Below, piece by piece: positions 50,135 through 60,010 of a DNA stretch of 64,000 bases; the first letter of the stretch is position 1, and the number at the start of each line of letters is the position of its first letter. Made by a program: the position numbers and the translations under genes. The stretch comes from Candidatus Nomurabacteria bacterium (GTDB taxonomy: Bacteria; Patescibacteriota; Minisyncoccia; Phycocordibacterales; UBA9973): assembly GCA_020631955.1 (NCBI GenBank), contig JACKGL010000002.1:141860-205859 (forward strand), read 5' to 3'. The notes beneath the pieces are model-generated. The model worked only from the letters and a program-made list of their open reading frames with translations. It was not told where the DNA came from and ran no database searches.

Positions 50135-51382
50135 ATGAAAAGGAGTATATGGTTTTTGTTTTTTACAATATTTCTCGACCTTTTAGGGGTCGGTATTTTG
50201 ATACCTATAGTACCCTTACTATTTGCTGATCCGTCTTCAGCTTATTTTCTACTTTCTCCTGGTACTAATATAGACTATGGATACATACTACTTGGTTTTC
50301 TTGTTGCTTCTTATCCACTGTCTCTTTTCCTTACAGCTCCGATACTTGGACAGCTTTCAGATAGGTTTGGTAGAAAAAAAATACTCATCATATCTATAAC
50401 AGGTACAGCTCTGTCTTATCTACTTTTTGCTTATGGTGTGAAGGAGGGAAGTATTCCGATCATTTTTATATCTAGAGTATTGGACGGACTCACGGGGGGT
50501 AATATATCTGTTGCTCAAGCTGCTATTGCTGATCTTACACCAAACAAAGATAGAGCTAAGAACTTTGGACTCATAGGAGCTGCTTTTGGGCTTGGTTTTA
50601 TACTTGGACCATTTTTAGGTGGAGTAATGTCAAAACCTGACATAATAAGTTGGTTTAGCATTACGACTCCATTTATATTTTCATCTATACTCTCTGTGAT
50701 AAACGTACTTTCACTCATCTTCTTCTTTAAAGAAACACATCAACCAGACCCTACAAAAAATAAAATAGATTTTCTGGTCTCATTTAAGAAAATAATATCT
50801 GCCAAGAACTATAAAGATGAGAGGATCATATTTTTGTCTACATTTCTTATGAGTTGTGGTTTTACTTTCTTCACCACTTTCTTTGGAGTATACCTCATAA
50901 CAAAGTACAATTTCGACCAGACACAAATAGGCAGTTTCTTTGGATATGTCGGGCTTTGGATAGTTATCACCCAAGGACTCATAACCAGATTTTTGGCCAA
51001 GTATGTAAGTGAGGTGAAAGTCTTGCGGGTAGTGTACTTTACTAGTGCCTTGGCTATATTTTTGTATTTCTTTCCAGAACAAGCAAAAGCCCTTTTGTAT
51101 ATCGTGCCGGCCTTTGCTATATCCAACGGTCTAGCCAACGCCAACTCTATGGGGCTTTTATCTAGAAAGACCAGACCAGATATGCAAGGAGAAGTTTTGG
51201 GTATAAACTCTTCTGTTATGGCTTTGGGTCAGACTATACCACCGGTACTTTCTGGTTTTATTGCAGCTATATTGTCTCCAGGAGCTCCTCTTATCATCTC
51301 AGGTATAGTTATAGGTGTTGCCGGACTCGCTTTTGTGTTTTTGTATGAGGAAGGCGAAGAAGACGGGCTTGATAATATCTAA
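50135..51382 (+). CDS. MFS transporter
   Basis: 12 TM helices and GQLSDRFGRKK motif A. Confidence 0.8.
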   Translation: MKRSIWFLFFTIFLDLLGVGILIPIVPLLFADPSSAYFLLSPGTNIDYGYILLGFLVASYPLSLFLTAPILGQLSDRFGRKKILIISITGTALSYLLFAYGVKEGSIPIIFISRVLDGLTGGNISVAQAAIADLTPNKDRAKNFGLIGAAFGLGFILGPFLGGVMSKPDIISWFSITTPFIFSSILSVINVLSLIFFFKETHQPDPTKNKIDFLVSFKKIISAKNYKDERIIFLSTFLMSCGFTFFTTFFGVYLITKYNFDQTQIGSFFGYVGLWIVITQGLITRFLAKYVSEVKVLRVVYFTSALAIFLYFFPEQAKALLYIVPAFAISNGLANANSMGLLSRKTRPDMQGEVLGINSSVMALGQTIPPVLSGFIAAILSPGAPLIISGIVIGVAGLAFVFLYEEGEEDGLDNI

Positions 51383-51402
51383 AAAGTCTTTAAAATATAG
51401 GT

Positions 51403-51966
51403 ATGGTTAAAAATTCATTAGCAATTTTAGCAATTATATTTGTCTTAGCTGTCGCTGTGACGGTATCTATTCGCAATGCGGAAAAGACAGGTAAAATGCC
51501 AACTCTTTTTGATGAGAGCGCAAATACAGAAGGAAATATGGAAATAAATAACAATATTCCTTCTACATTAGAAGATAACAAATCAGACTCTGTTTCGGCA
51601 GATGAAAATAATATGAGTGATGTAATAAGAGAATTCACCACTGAAGGAGGTGTAAAAGTCGAAGTTAAAAAAGAAGGTCAAGGAGCTGAAGCTCAAGCTG
51701 GTACAGAAGTAAATGTACACTATACTGGTATGCTTACAGATGGAACAGTTTTTGACTCAAGTGTTTCCAGGGGAGTGCCTTTTAGTTTTACCTTAGGTGC
51801 AGGACAAGTGATAAGAGGTTGGGAAGAAGGAGTACTTGGTATGAAAGTAGGAGAAGTAAGAACTCTCACTATACCTTCTGATATGGCTTATGGTGACGGA
51901 GGTATACCAGGAGCTATACCACCGAAGGCGACACTTATTTTTGATGTCGAAATGGTTAGTTTTTAA
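51403..51966 (+). CDS. FKBP-type peptidyl-prolyl isomerase (membrane-anchored/secreted)
   Basis: VHYTGMLTDGTVFDSS...FTLGAGQVIRGWEEGV...IPPKATLIFDVE. Confidence 0.85.
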   Translation: MVKNSLAILAIIFVLAVAVTVSIRNAEKTGKMPTLFDESANTEGNMEINNNIPSTLEDNKSDSVSADENNMSDVIREFTTEGGVKVEVKKEGQGAEAQAGTEVNVHYTGMLTDGTVFDSSVSRGVPFSFTLGAGQVIRGWEEGVLGMKVGEVRTLTIPSDMAYGDGGIPGAIPPKATLIFDVEMVSF

Positions 51967-51979
51967 TAGATAATTTTTT

Positions 51980-52783
51980 ATGAATATGTTTGAAGGATTA
52001 CAACAACAAGAAAAAACAAGAATAGCAAAAACATTGGCACTTTTCCTTTTGGTTTTGACAGCATTCTTCTTTTTTAAAGTTATATATCAAATAAGAAGTT
52101 TTAGATATCTAGGAGGTGTGCCACAGTATAACTCCATCACAGTGTCTGGGCACGGTGAAGTGTTGGCAAAAGCTGATACAGCTACTGTGACTTATTCTTA
52201 TACAGCAGAAGCTACTACTGTAAAAGAAGCACAAGATATGTTGAATGAAAAAATAAACGCTGTAGCCGCTAAGCTTACAGAGATAGGAATAGAAGAAGAT
52301 AGTATAAAGACAACTAGCTTTGTCTCTACACCGAAGTACAAGTATGATGGTTATACAAAATGGCCAAGATATGAACAAGATATTGTAGGTTATAAAGTAG
52401 AACAGACCAATGAACTTAAGATAAAAGATACTGAGCTTGTAGAGCCTGTACTCGCTGCTATAGCAGAATCTGGAGACTTCCAAGTATATGGACCTATGTT
52501 TGAAGTAGGTGATACTGATGCTCTAGAAGAAGAAGCAAGATCTCTAGCGATACAAGATGCTAAAGATGAAGCACAAAGACTCGCTAAGGATCTAGGTGTA
52601 AAACTAGTAGGAGTAATGAGTTTTTATGATGAGTCTGACTACGGACCATACTATGGAGGTGATTATGCAGCTAGAGATGTTATGTACGCTATGCCAGAAT
52701 CCGCACCAGTAAGTACGCCAAATCTTTCTGAAGGTGAAGATACAATAACGAAGAATGTGTCTGTAACGTTTGAGATAAGATAA
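51980..52783 (+). CDS. SIMPL (DUF541) domain protein
   Basis: N-terminal TM helix, then ITVSGHGEV...ADTATV...KTTSFVSTPKY pattern. Confidence 0.65.
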   Translation: MNMFEGLQQQEKTRIAKTLALFLLVLTAFFFFKVIYQIRSFRYLGGVPQYNSITVSGHGEVLAKADTATVTYSYTAEATTVKEAQDMLNEKINAVAAKLTEIGIEEDSIKTTSFVSTPKYKYDGYTKWPRYEQDIVGYKVEQTNELKIKDTELVEPVLAAIAESGDFQVYGPMFEVGDTDALEEEARSLAIQDAKDEAQRLAKDLGVKLVGVMSFYDESDYGPYYGGDYAARDVMYAMPESAPVSTPNLSEGEDTITKNVSVTFEIR

Positions 52784-52796
52784 AAACTTTCTATAA

Positions 52797-52825
52797 AAAC
52801 AACTCCAAATCGGAGTTGTTTTTAT
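52797..52825 (+). terminator. Rho-independent terminator
   Basis: AACTCC-AAATC-GGAGTT followed by a T tract. Confidence 0.6.
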
Positions 52826-52842
52826 TTTGGTATAATAGATAT

Positions 52843-53409
52843 ATGGCAAAATTCATGAAAGCTCACGGCATGTTCATCACTCTAGGTGTGTTTCTTATTC
52901 TATGGTCTATGGTTTTTGCAAATGTGGATGTGGCCTCTTTTGTACAAAGAATAGGACAGACAAATGGATATATTATAGCTATAGTGGTGGCTTTGGTAGG
53001 AGGACTTTCTGCTTTTACCACAGCTTCTTTTTATACCACTGTGGCTGTACTTGTAGTAGGAGGACTCAACCCACTTTTACTAGCACTTGTAGTGGCTCCG
53101 TTTCTGATATTGGGGGATTATGTTTTTTATTACTTTGGCAGGAAAGGTAGGATGCTTATACCTGAAAGGAACTACAGATTTTTATCCAAAGTAGAAAGTG
53201 TAGTCAATCACAAAAGGAAAATAATACCTTCATTTTTCATCTATTTATATTCTGGACTTACTCCACTACCAGCAGATGTTCTTATGGCTCTTTTAGCTAT
53301 AGCTAAGTATCCTTTTAAGTATGTAATACCTGTAATATTTTTAGGGCATATAACCTTTATCCAGATAGTATCCATATTGGCTATCAACACTTCCTCTTTG
53401 TTTTATTAG
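52843..53409 (+). CDS. Polytopic membrane protein, unknown function
   Basis: Start moved to MAKFMKAHG, downstream of the terminator; 5-6 TM helices. Confidence 0.45.
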   Translation: MAKFMKAHGMFITLGVFLILWSMVFANVDVASFVQRIGQTNGYIIAIVVALVGGLSAFTTASFYTTVAVLVVGGLNPLLLALVVAPFLILGDYVFYYFGRKGRMLIPERNYRFLSKVESVVNHKRKIIPSFFIYLYSGLTPLPADVLMALLAIAKYPFKYVIPVIFLGHITFIQIVSILAINTSSLFY

Positions 53410-53493
53410 GTACTTGCTAAAATCCTAAAAAGGGTGTATATTTGACACGTGCCCAGTATAGGGTTTTTTTTATTGAATTATTTTAAGTAAATT

Positions 53494-53676
53494 ATGAAGA
53501 TAGTAGAATTTTTTAAATCTACAAAAAATGAAATGAGCCACGTAGTATGGCCTAAGAGAAGAGAAGTGATAATATCCACTATTGTTGTGGTTGTTGTGTC
53601 TGTGCTCATTGCATATTTTCTAGGAGTTTTCGATCTTATTTTTGGAAAAGGTTTGGGTATTATTATTAATCTATAA
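53494..53676 (+). CDS. secE: Preprotein translocase subunit SecE
   Basis: 60 aa; KNEMSHVVWPKRREV plus a single TM helix, upstream of nusG. Confidence 0.8.
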   Translation: MKIVEFFKSTKNEMSHVVWPKRREVIISTIVVVVVSVLIAYFLGVFDLIFGKGLGIIINL

Positions 53677-53682
53677 AAGTCT

Positions 53683-54231
53683 ATGGGAAAACAAGAAGTT
53701 ACAGGAGAGAGGCACTGGTATGCAGTGCACACATATTCTGGATATGAAAATGCTGTAGAAAGAAATCTAAAGCAAAGAATAGATTCTCTTGGTATGAATG
53801 ACAAAATATTTAACGTGATAGTACCTACCGAAAAGAAAGTTAAGATAAAAGGAGGTAAGAGAGTCGAAGTAGATGAAAAAATATATCCTGGTTATGTGAT
53901 AGTAGATATGATAGTTACTGACGACTCATGGTATATAGTGAGAAATACTCCTAGAGTTACCGGATTCGTTGGGTCTGGAGTAAATCCAGTACCACTAGAC
54001 CAGAAAGAAGTAGACATGCTCTTCTCTAGAATGAACAAAGATACACAAGCTAAGCATGCTATAGATCTAGAAGTAGATGAACAAGTCATCATCACCGACG
54101 GTCCATTCAAAGAACTAGAAGGTAAAGTAGCAGAAGTAGATCAAGAAAGAGGAAAAATCAAAGTTCTTGTATCTATGTTCGGTCGTGAGACACCTGTAGA
54201 GCTAGATTTCTTGCAGGTAAAGAGAATATAA
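53683..54231 (+). CDS. nusG: Transcription termination/antitermination factor NusG
   Basis: WYAVHTYSGYEN start and the KOW motif at the C-terminus. Confidence 0.9.
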   Translation: MGKQEVTGERHWYAVHTYSGYENAVERNLKQRIDSLGMNDKIFNVIVPTEKKVKIKGGKRVEVDEKIYPGYVIVDMIVTDDSWYIVRNTPRVTGFVGSGVNPVPLDQKEVDMLFSRMNKDTQAKHAIDLEVDEQVIITDGPFKELEGKVAEVDQERGKIKVLVSMFGRETPVELDFLQVKRI

Positions 54232-54290
54232 CCTTTTGGTTTACAAAAATACACATTTCTGATATTCTCTAGTGCGTTACGCTTCAAAAA

Positions 54291-54333
54291 AGTCCCGACG
54301 CTTTAGTCGGGATCCCGACAGATTGTCGGGACT
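54291..54333 (+). promoter_or_regulatory. Four-arm CCCGAC/GTCGGG repeat structure upstream of rplK
   Basis: AGTCCCGAC (54291..54299), GTCGGGA (54306..54312), TCCCGAC (54313..54319), GTCGGGACT (54325..54333). They can form two hairpins or one long helix. Confidence 0.35.
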
Positions 54334-54359
54334 TCAAATTATTACTATAAGAAAAAATT

Positions 54360-54785
54360 ATGGCAAAAAAAGTTATTAAAAGTCTAAAATTGTTTATCCC
54401 AGCAGGGAAGGCTACTCCTGCTCCACCTCTAGGACCTACTTTGGGACAGGCTGGAGTAAACATAGGAGATTTTACCCAAAAATTCAATGCTGCTACAGCA
54501 CAAATGGGTAATGATGTTCTAGGTGTAGTGCTTGAGGTTTATGATGACAGAAGTTATGATTTCCATCTTAAAACTCCTCCAACATTCTCTCTTATCAAAA
54601 AAGCAGCAGGAGTGGACAAAGGAGCAAAGAGACCAGGAAGTGGTAGAGCTGGTACTATAACCAGAGCTCAGCTAAAAGAAATAGCAGAAAAGAAAATGCC
54701 AGACCTAAATGCAAATGACATAGACGCTGCTATGAAAATAGTAGAAGGACAAGCAAGACAAGGAGGTATAGAAATAACAGACTAA
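54360..54785 (+). CDS. rplK: 50S ribosomal protein L11
   Basis: [35 protein letters not shown]. Confidence 0.95.
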   Translation: MAKKVIKSLKLFIPAGKATPAPPLGPTLGQAGVNIGDFTQKFNAATAQMGNDVLGVVLEVYDDRSYDFHLKTPPTFSLIKKAAGVDKGAKRPGSGRAGTITRAQLKEIAEKKMPDLNANDIDAAMKIVEGQARQGGIEITD

Positions 54786-54788
54786 ATA

Positions 54789-54811
54789 AAAACACCCGAA
54801 AGGGTGTTTTT
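54789..54811 (+). terminator. Rho-independent terminator directly after rplK
   Basis: AAAACACCC-GAAA-GGGTGTTTTT. Confidence 0.7.
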
Positions 54812-54848
54812 ATTTGATTATTTACTTACAATATGTAAAATAAGTCGT

Positions 54849-55349
54849 ATGGGACAAGATCTAAAATCCAACACAGACCAAAGACCTTCTTGGGATCAAT
54901 ATTTTCTGAATCTAGCTGAAGTAGTGGGAACAAGAGGGACTTGCGACAGAGGTTATGCCGGTTGTGTAATTACAAAAGATAAAAGGATATTATCTACTGG
55001 TTATGTAGGTTCTCCTGTGGGACTACCTCACTGTAGTGAAGTGGGTCATGAGATGCACACAGTGACTCATGAAGATGGTAGTACTTCTAGACACTGTATA
55101 CGTACAGCGCATGCAGAACAAAACGCCATAAACAACGCTGCTCGTATAGGTATAGCTATAGAAGGAGGAACTGTTTATTGTAAAATGATACCTTGCTATA
55201 AATGTGCGCAGAGTATTATCAATGCTGGTATAGTTAGAGTAGTGGCTATGAAAGATTATCATGCATCAGCAAGATCAAAAGAGATTTTCAAAGATGCTGG
55301 AATAGAGTATATTGTTTTAGGAGAAATGGAAGTTTATAACGACATGTAA
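54849..55349 (+). CDS. dCMP deaminase (ComEB-like)
   Basis: HAEQNAI and PCYKCAQ zinc-binding motifs. Confidence 0.85.
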   Translation: MGQDLKSNTDQRPSWDQYFLNLAEVVGTRGTCDRGYAGCVITKDKRILSTGYVGSPVGLPHCSEVGHEMHTVTHEDGSTSRHCIRTAHAEQNAINNAARIGIAIEGGTVYCKMIPCYKCAQSIINAGIVRVVAMKDYHASARSKEIFKDAGIEYIVLGEMEVYNDM

Positions 55350-55351
55350 AT

Positions 55352-55681
55352 ATGATTGATCTAAAAGAACTACAAAAAGAGGTAATGAGGAACAAGCTTG
55401 AAAAAGGTTTCAACACTACAGATGTGGCCTTGGAGTTTTGTAGAGCTCACGAAGAGCTTTCCGAAGCTTTCTCAAAGTTCAACAAAAATGAAGATGGTGT
55501 AGCGGAAGAATTTGCTGATGTGGCTATATTTTTACTTGGGATGTCTGAGATACTTGGGTTTGATCTTGAAAAAGAACTACTAAGAAAAATAGAAATCAAC
55601 AAAAATAGACAGTATAAAAAGACCACTTCTCCTGACGGAAAAACAATTTTCATAAGAATAAAAACAGATATAGACCCTTAA
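55352..55681 (+). CDS. MazG-like nucleotide pyrophosphohydrolase
   Basis: 109 aa; EELSEA...EEFADVAIFLL four-helix EExxE/D pattern. Confidence 0.7.
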   Translation: MIDLKELQKEVMRNKLEKGFNTTDVALEFCRAHEELSEAFSKFNKNEDGVAEEFADVAIFLLGMSEILGFDLEKELLRKIEINKNRQYKKTTSPDGKTIFIRIKTDIDP

Positions 55682-55710
55682 GAAATACCGGCTTTACTAG
55701 CCGGTATTTC
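55682..55710. terminator. Bidirectional hairpin terminator
   Basis: GAAATACCGGC-TTTACTA-GCCGGTATTTC lies between convergent genes. Confidence 0.6.
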
Positions 55711-56191
55711 TTTTATAGTTCACGAATCTGTAGTCATATTCGTGCTTATCATCTTTATCGTGTGATTCGCTCCACGTTTCTTCCCACTCATCACACGAGA
55801 CTTCGGGGAAAAATGTATCTGCTTCTAATTCTGCATCTACATGTGTGAGATAGAGTCTGTCTGCCAAAGGAAGTGACTCCATGTAGAGCTGTCCGCCACC
55901 TATGATAAATACTTCATCATCTTCTTTTGCATTTGATTTTTCCAATGCATCTTCTAGACTACTAGCCAATATACATCCCGGAGCAGAATATGAAGTGTCT
56001 CTAGTGACAACAACATTTTTTCTATCAGGGAGAGGTCTGCCTATGGATTCGTATGTTTTTCTACCCATTATCACAGTATGACCCGAAGTGATCTCTTTGA
56101 ATCTTTTAAGATCAGCTGGAAGCTTCCAAAGTAGCTCGTTGTTTTTACCGAGCTCATTATTTTTACCGATAGCGGCTATGATAGATATCAT
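55697..56191 (-). CDS. folA: Dihydrofolate reductase
   Basis: MISIIAAIGKNNELG...LPW-type start, GRKTYESIG, and FIIGGGQLY. Confidence 0.85.
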   Translation of the reverse strand: MISIIAAIGKNNELGKNNELLWKLPADLKRFKEITSGHTVIMGRKTYESIGRPLPDRKNVVVTRDTSYSAPGCILASSLEDALEKSNAKEDDEVFIIGGGQLYMESLPLADRLYLTHVDAELEADTFFPEVSCDEWEETWSESHDKDDKHEYDYRFVNYKRNTG

Positions 56192-56192
56192 A

Positions 56193-57146
56193 TTAGACAG
56201 CTATAGGAGCTTTTATAGCTGGTAGTGGGTCATAGTCTGAAAGTTCAAAGTCATCTATATCAAAATCTTCAATATTTTTCTTATTAGGGTTTATTTTTAC
56301 TTTTGGCATAGAAGGCAGGTTTTCTTTTCTAGAAAGTTGTTCTTGTGCTTGTTCTAGATGGTTTAGATAAAGGTGAGTATCGCCACCTGTCCATACGAAC
56401 TCGCCAGGGTCCATGTCTACTATCTGGGCTATGATCATGGTAAGTAATGCATAACTAGCTATATTAAAAGGTACACCCAAGAAAGTATCGCAACTTCTTT
56501 GGTACAGTTGGCAGGAAAGCTTTCTCCGCCCATTTTCTCCTGGTGCTGTATAGAATTGGAATAGACAATGACAAGGAGGAAGTCCGGCTTTTGCCATCTC
56601 TTCTATGTCTGCCGCATTCCAAGCAGAGACAATAAGTCTTCTATCATCTGGTTTTGTTTTGAGTCTTTCTATTACAGAAGCTAGCTGATCCACTTTTCCG
56701 TCTTTTGTAGGCCAGTGTCTCCATTGATATCCATATATAGGACCTAGATTGCCATATTCTGCAGCGAAGACATCATCTTCTTTTATTCTTTCTACAAATT
56801 TTTTTATACCTTCATTCCATTCTTCTGTGCCAGTAGCTGGAACATTTTCTCCACTTCTTATGAGATATGCTTTGTATGGCCATTCGTCCCATATATGAAC
56901 ATTATTTTTTGCTAGATATTGTAGGTTGGTATCACCACGTAGGAACCAAAGTAGTTCATGGACAATAGCCTTGAAAGGTACTTTCTTTGAAGTAAGGAGA
57001 GGGAAGCCTTCGTTAAGAGGAAATCTCATTTGGTAACCAAATATAGATTTTGTTCCAGTCCCGGTACGGTCACCTTTTTGCACTCCGTCGCTCATTATTT
57101 TTTCTACCAATTTTAGGTATGTTAGGTCTGCATGATATTTTTCCAT
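56193..57146 (-). CDS. thyA: Thymidylate synthase ThyA
   Basis: [18 protein letters not shown], and DTHLY motifs. Confidence 0.95.
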   Translation of the reverse strand: MEKYHADLTYLKLVEKIMSDGVQKGDRTGTGTKSIFGYQMRFPLNEGFPLLTSKKVPFKAIVHELLWFLRGDTNLQYLAKNNVHIWDEWPYKAYLIRSGENVPATGTEEWNEGIKKFVERIKEDDVFAAEYGNLGPIYGYQWRHWPTKDGKVDQLASVIERLKTKPDDRRLIVSAWNAADIEEMAKAGLPPCHCLFQFYTAPGENGRRKLSCQLYQRSCDTFLGVPFNIASYALLTMIIAQIVDMDPGEFVWTGGDTHLYLNHLEQAQEQLSRKENLPSMPKVKINPNKKNIEDFDIDDFELSDYDPLPAIKAPIAV

Positions 57147-57267
57147 ATTTTCATTATATTAATTTTACATATTAAATACAAACTAAAGTTGACAAATATA
57201 TATAAAAATGTTATTGTTTTAACATCATTCTTATCTCCTGTATTTTCGGATATAGATTTTCACAGAG

Positions 57268-57291
57268 AGATACATTCGTGTATCTTTTTTT
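57268..57291 (+). promoter_or_regulatory. Terminator-like hairpin in the leader of the DEAD-box helicase gene
   Basis: AGATAC-ATTCGT-GTATCT followed by TTTTTTT, about 60-80 nt upstream of the candidate starts. Confidence 0.3.
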
Positions 57292-57346
57292 GTTCCACTG
57301 AAGAATGCTTTGAGTATATACACTCAATATTAATCTTGAGCATAAG

Positions 57347-58681
57347 GTGGATGTGCTAAAAAATATAATTATGAGAAATCAAACACGTGTAAAAACACGG
57401 ACTGTTAAAGGTTTTGGGGGCAGGAAATCAACCTCACAATCTTCTGGTCGCTTTACTAATACAAGCGATAGTAAAAGAAGGTTTAAAAAAGAATATAGAA
57501 AAAATGATAAACCATCTTTTGGTGGAAGGTCTGGTTTTCGTAGAGGTTCACGCAAAGGTGGTCGTTTTAAGGGTGAAAATATATTGATATCACGTTTTGT
57601 TCAAAAAGCAGTAGATATTGTAGAAGAAAAATATGTTCCTCAAAATACTTTTGCTGATTTTCCTTTTGCAAAAAGAATTCACGATAACCTTAGTAAAAAG
57701 AATTTTATTGAACCTACACCTATACAAGATCAAATAATAAACCACGCACTAGAAGGAAAAGATGTGTTTGGTTTAGCAAACACAGGTACAGGTAAGACGG
57801 CTGCGTTTTTATTACCTCTTATAGATAAGGTTGGTAAAAATAAAAATGAGAAAGTTATCATTTTAGCGCCTACCAGAGAACTGGCTCTGCAGATAGAAAG
57901 TGATTTTAGAGAACTTGCGTACGGTATGGGTATATATTCTGTAGCGTGTGTCGGAGGTATGAGTATAGGGAAACAAATAAAAGATTTGAAAAGAACCACA
58001 TCTTTTATTATAGGTACACCAGGTAGAGTTAAGGATCTTATTGAGAGAAAATCTTTTGACCCTAGTCTGTATGGAACTGTGGTATTAGATGAAGCTGATA
58101 GGATGCTCGATATGGGATTTCGTCCGGATATGGATTTTATACTTTCTAGATTAAAATCAAAAAAGCATACTTTATTTTTCTCAGCGACTCTTTCTCCAGG
58201 AGTAAAAAAGATGACACAAGAATTTTTAGTTGACCCTATATTTGTCTCTGTTATAAATGGTGAAACTTCAAAAAATGTTGATCAAGACATAGTAAGATAT
58301 AATGGTGCAGATGATAGATTAACAAAACTACAAGAAGAATTAAGAAAAGATGGTTCAGATAAGGTGTTGATCTTTAGAGAAATGAAAAGCTCTGTCGACA
58401 AACTATCTTATGAATTAAAAGATAGAGGGTTTAAGGTTGGCGGTATACATGGAGATAAAAGAAATAGCCAACGCATAAGGATATTGGATGATTTTAAAAG
58501 AAATAAGATTAATATTCTTATAGCCACCGATGTGGCTGCGAGAGGTCTTGATATTCCAGATGTCACACATGTCATAAATTATGATGTACCAAGCACCTAC
58601 GATACATATGTTCATAGAATAGGTAGAACTGGTAGAGGTGGTAAAAAAGGGAACGCTTTAACTTTCGTGGAAAACAACTAA
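57347..58681 (+). CDS. DEAD-box ATP-dependent RNA helicase with basic N-terminal extension
   Basis: Q motif PTPIQ, AxTGTGKT, DEAD, SAT, HRIGRTGRGG. The start is uncertain; Met at 57371 is an alternative. Confidence 0.85.
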   Translation: MDVLKNIIMRNQTRVKTRTVKGFGGRKSTSQSSGRFTNTSDSKRRFKKEYRKNDKPSFGGRSGFRRGSRKGGRFKGENILISRFVQKAVDIVEEKYVPQNTFADFPFAKRIHDNLSKKNFIEPTPIQDQIINHALEGKDVFGLANTGTGKTAAFLLPLIDKVGKNKNEKVIILAPTRELALQIESDFRELAYGMGIYSVACVGGMSIGKQIKDLKRTTSFIIGTPGRVKDLIERKSFDPSLYGTVVLDEADRMLDMGFRPDMDFILSRLKSKKHTLFFSATLSPGVKKMTQEFLVDPIFVSVINGETSKNVDQDIVRYNGADDRLTKLQEELRKDGSDKVLIFREMKSSVDKLSYELKDRGFKVGGIHGDKRNSQRIRILDDFKRNKINILIATDVAARGLDIPDVTHVINYDVPSTYDTYVHRIGRTGRGGKKGNALTFVENN

Positions 58682-58686
58682 TTAAA

Positions 58687-58722
58687 AAAGAAGCCGGGCT
58701 AAGTCTACGGCTTCTTTTTTTG
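58687..58722 (+). terminator. Rho-independent terminator
   Basis: GAAGCCG...CGGCTTC followed by TTTTTTT. Confidence 0.65.
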
Positions 58723-58749
58723 TTTTATTAAAAATGCTAAACTCTAATC

Positions 58750-60006
58750 ATGAGTTTTCTAAAAGAAGATAAAGAAATATACGAGGCCCTGTTAGGTGAA
58801 GAAAGAAGGCAAAAAGAAGGTTTAGAGCTTATACCATCTGAGAACTATGTTTCAGCTGCAGTTCTAGAAGCCAACGGGTCAGTATTTACCAACAAATATT
58901 CAGAAGGATATCCTGGAAAAAGATACTACGGCGGTCAGGATTTTACGGATATAGTAGAGACAGTAGCTATAGAAAGAGCCAAAAAACTTTTTGGATGTAA
59001 GTATGCAAATGTTCAACCACACTCAGGAGCTCCTGCAAACTTAGCTGTTTACGCCGCACTTCTTGAGCCAGGTGATACTGTGCTCGGCATGGATCTTTCT
59101 CATGGTGGACACCTTACACACGGACATCCTATGACATTGCCAGCAAAGATATATAAATTTGTCACTTACAAGATGAAAGATCCGGATACAGGTGAGATAG
59201 ACTACGAGGGACTAAGACAAATGGCGATAGAGCACAAACCAAAAATAATTCTTGCAGGTTTTTCCGCTTATCCAAGATCGCTTGATTACACTAAATTTGT
59301 AGAGATAGCAAAAGAAGTAGGTGCTATTACTGTAGCAGACATGGCCCACATTGCAGGGCTTATCGCTGGTAAGGCACTGCCTAACCCTTTCGATGCAGGT
59401 TTTGATATTATTACTACAACTACTCACAAAACACTTCGTGGTCCTAGAGGAGGAATGATACTTACAAGAGAGAGTGAAGAGATAGCAAAAAAGATAGACA
59501 AGTCTATTTTCCCAGGCATCCAGGGTGGGCCACATATGCATACTATAGCTGCCAAAGCTGTGGCTTTTGGTGAAGCTATGACACCAGCTTACAAAGAGTA
59601 TTGTCAGCAAGTACTGAAAAATGCCAAAGCCATGGAAGAAGTCCTAAGGCGTGAGGGTGTGCGCATGATAGGTGGGGGAACAGACAACCATCTTATACTT
59701 GCAGACGTATATGGTTCACTTGGTGTGACAGGAAAAGAAGCACAAACAGTACTCGATGAAGTAGGTATCACATTGAACATGAACTCAATAGCAGAAGACA
59801 CTAGAAAACCACTAGATCCATCTGGTATTCGTTTTGGTACACCAGCTATCACAACTCGTGGGTTTTTAGAAGCAGATTGTGCCCGTGTCGCAGAACTTAT
59901 GATAGAGACACTCAGAAACAAAGATGATGAAGCTAAGAAGGCGGAAATAAAAAAAGAGATTGTGAGTATGGCAGAATCTCATCCAATACCAGAAAAATTT
60001 GTTTAG
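58750..60006 (+). CDS. glyA: Serine hydroxymethyltransferase
   Basis: LELIPSENY, the PLP-Lys segment TTTTHKTLRGPRGG. Confidence 0.95.
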   Translation: MSFLKEDKEIYEALLGEERRQKEGLELIPSENYVSAAVLEANGSVFTNKYSEGYPGKRYYGGQDFTDIVETVAIERAKKLFGCKYANVQPHSGAPANLAVYAALLEPGDTVLGMDLSHGGHLTHGHPMTLPAKIYKFVTYKMKDPDTGEIDYEGLRQMAIEHKPKIILAGFSAYPRSLDYTKFVEIAKEVGAITVADMAHIAGLIAGKALPNPFDAGFDIITTTTHKTLRGPRGGMILTRESEEIAKKIDKSIFPGIQGGPHMHTIAAKAVAFGEAMTPAYKEYCQQVLKNAKAMEEVLRREGVRMIGGGTDNHLILADVYGSLGVTGKEAQTVLDEVGITLNMNSIAEDTRKPLDPSGIRFGTPAITTRGFLEADCARVAELMIETLRNKDDEAKKAEIKKEIVSMAESHPIPEKFV

Positions 60007-60010
60007 TTTT

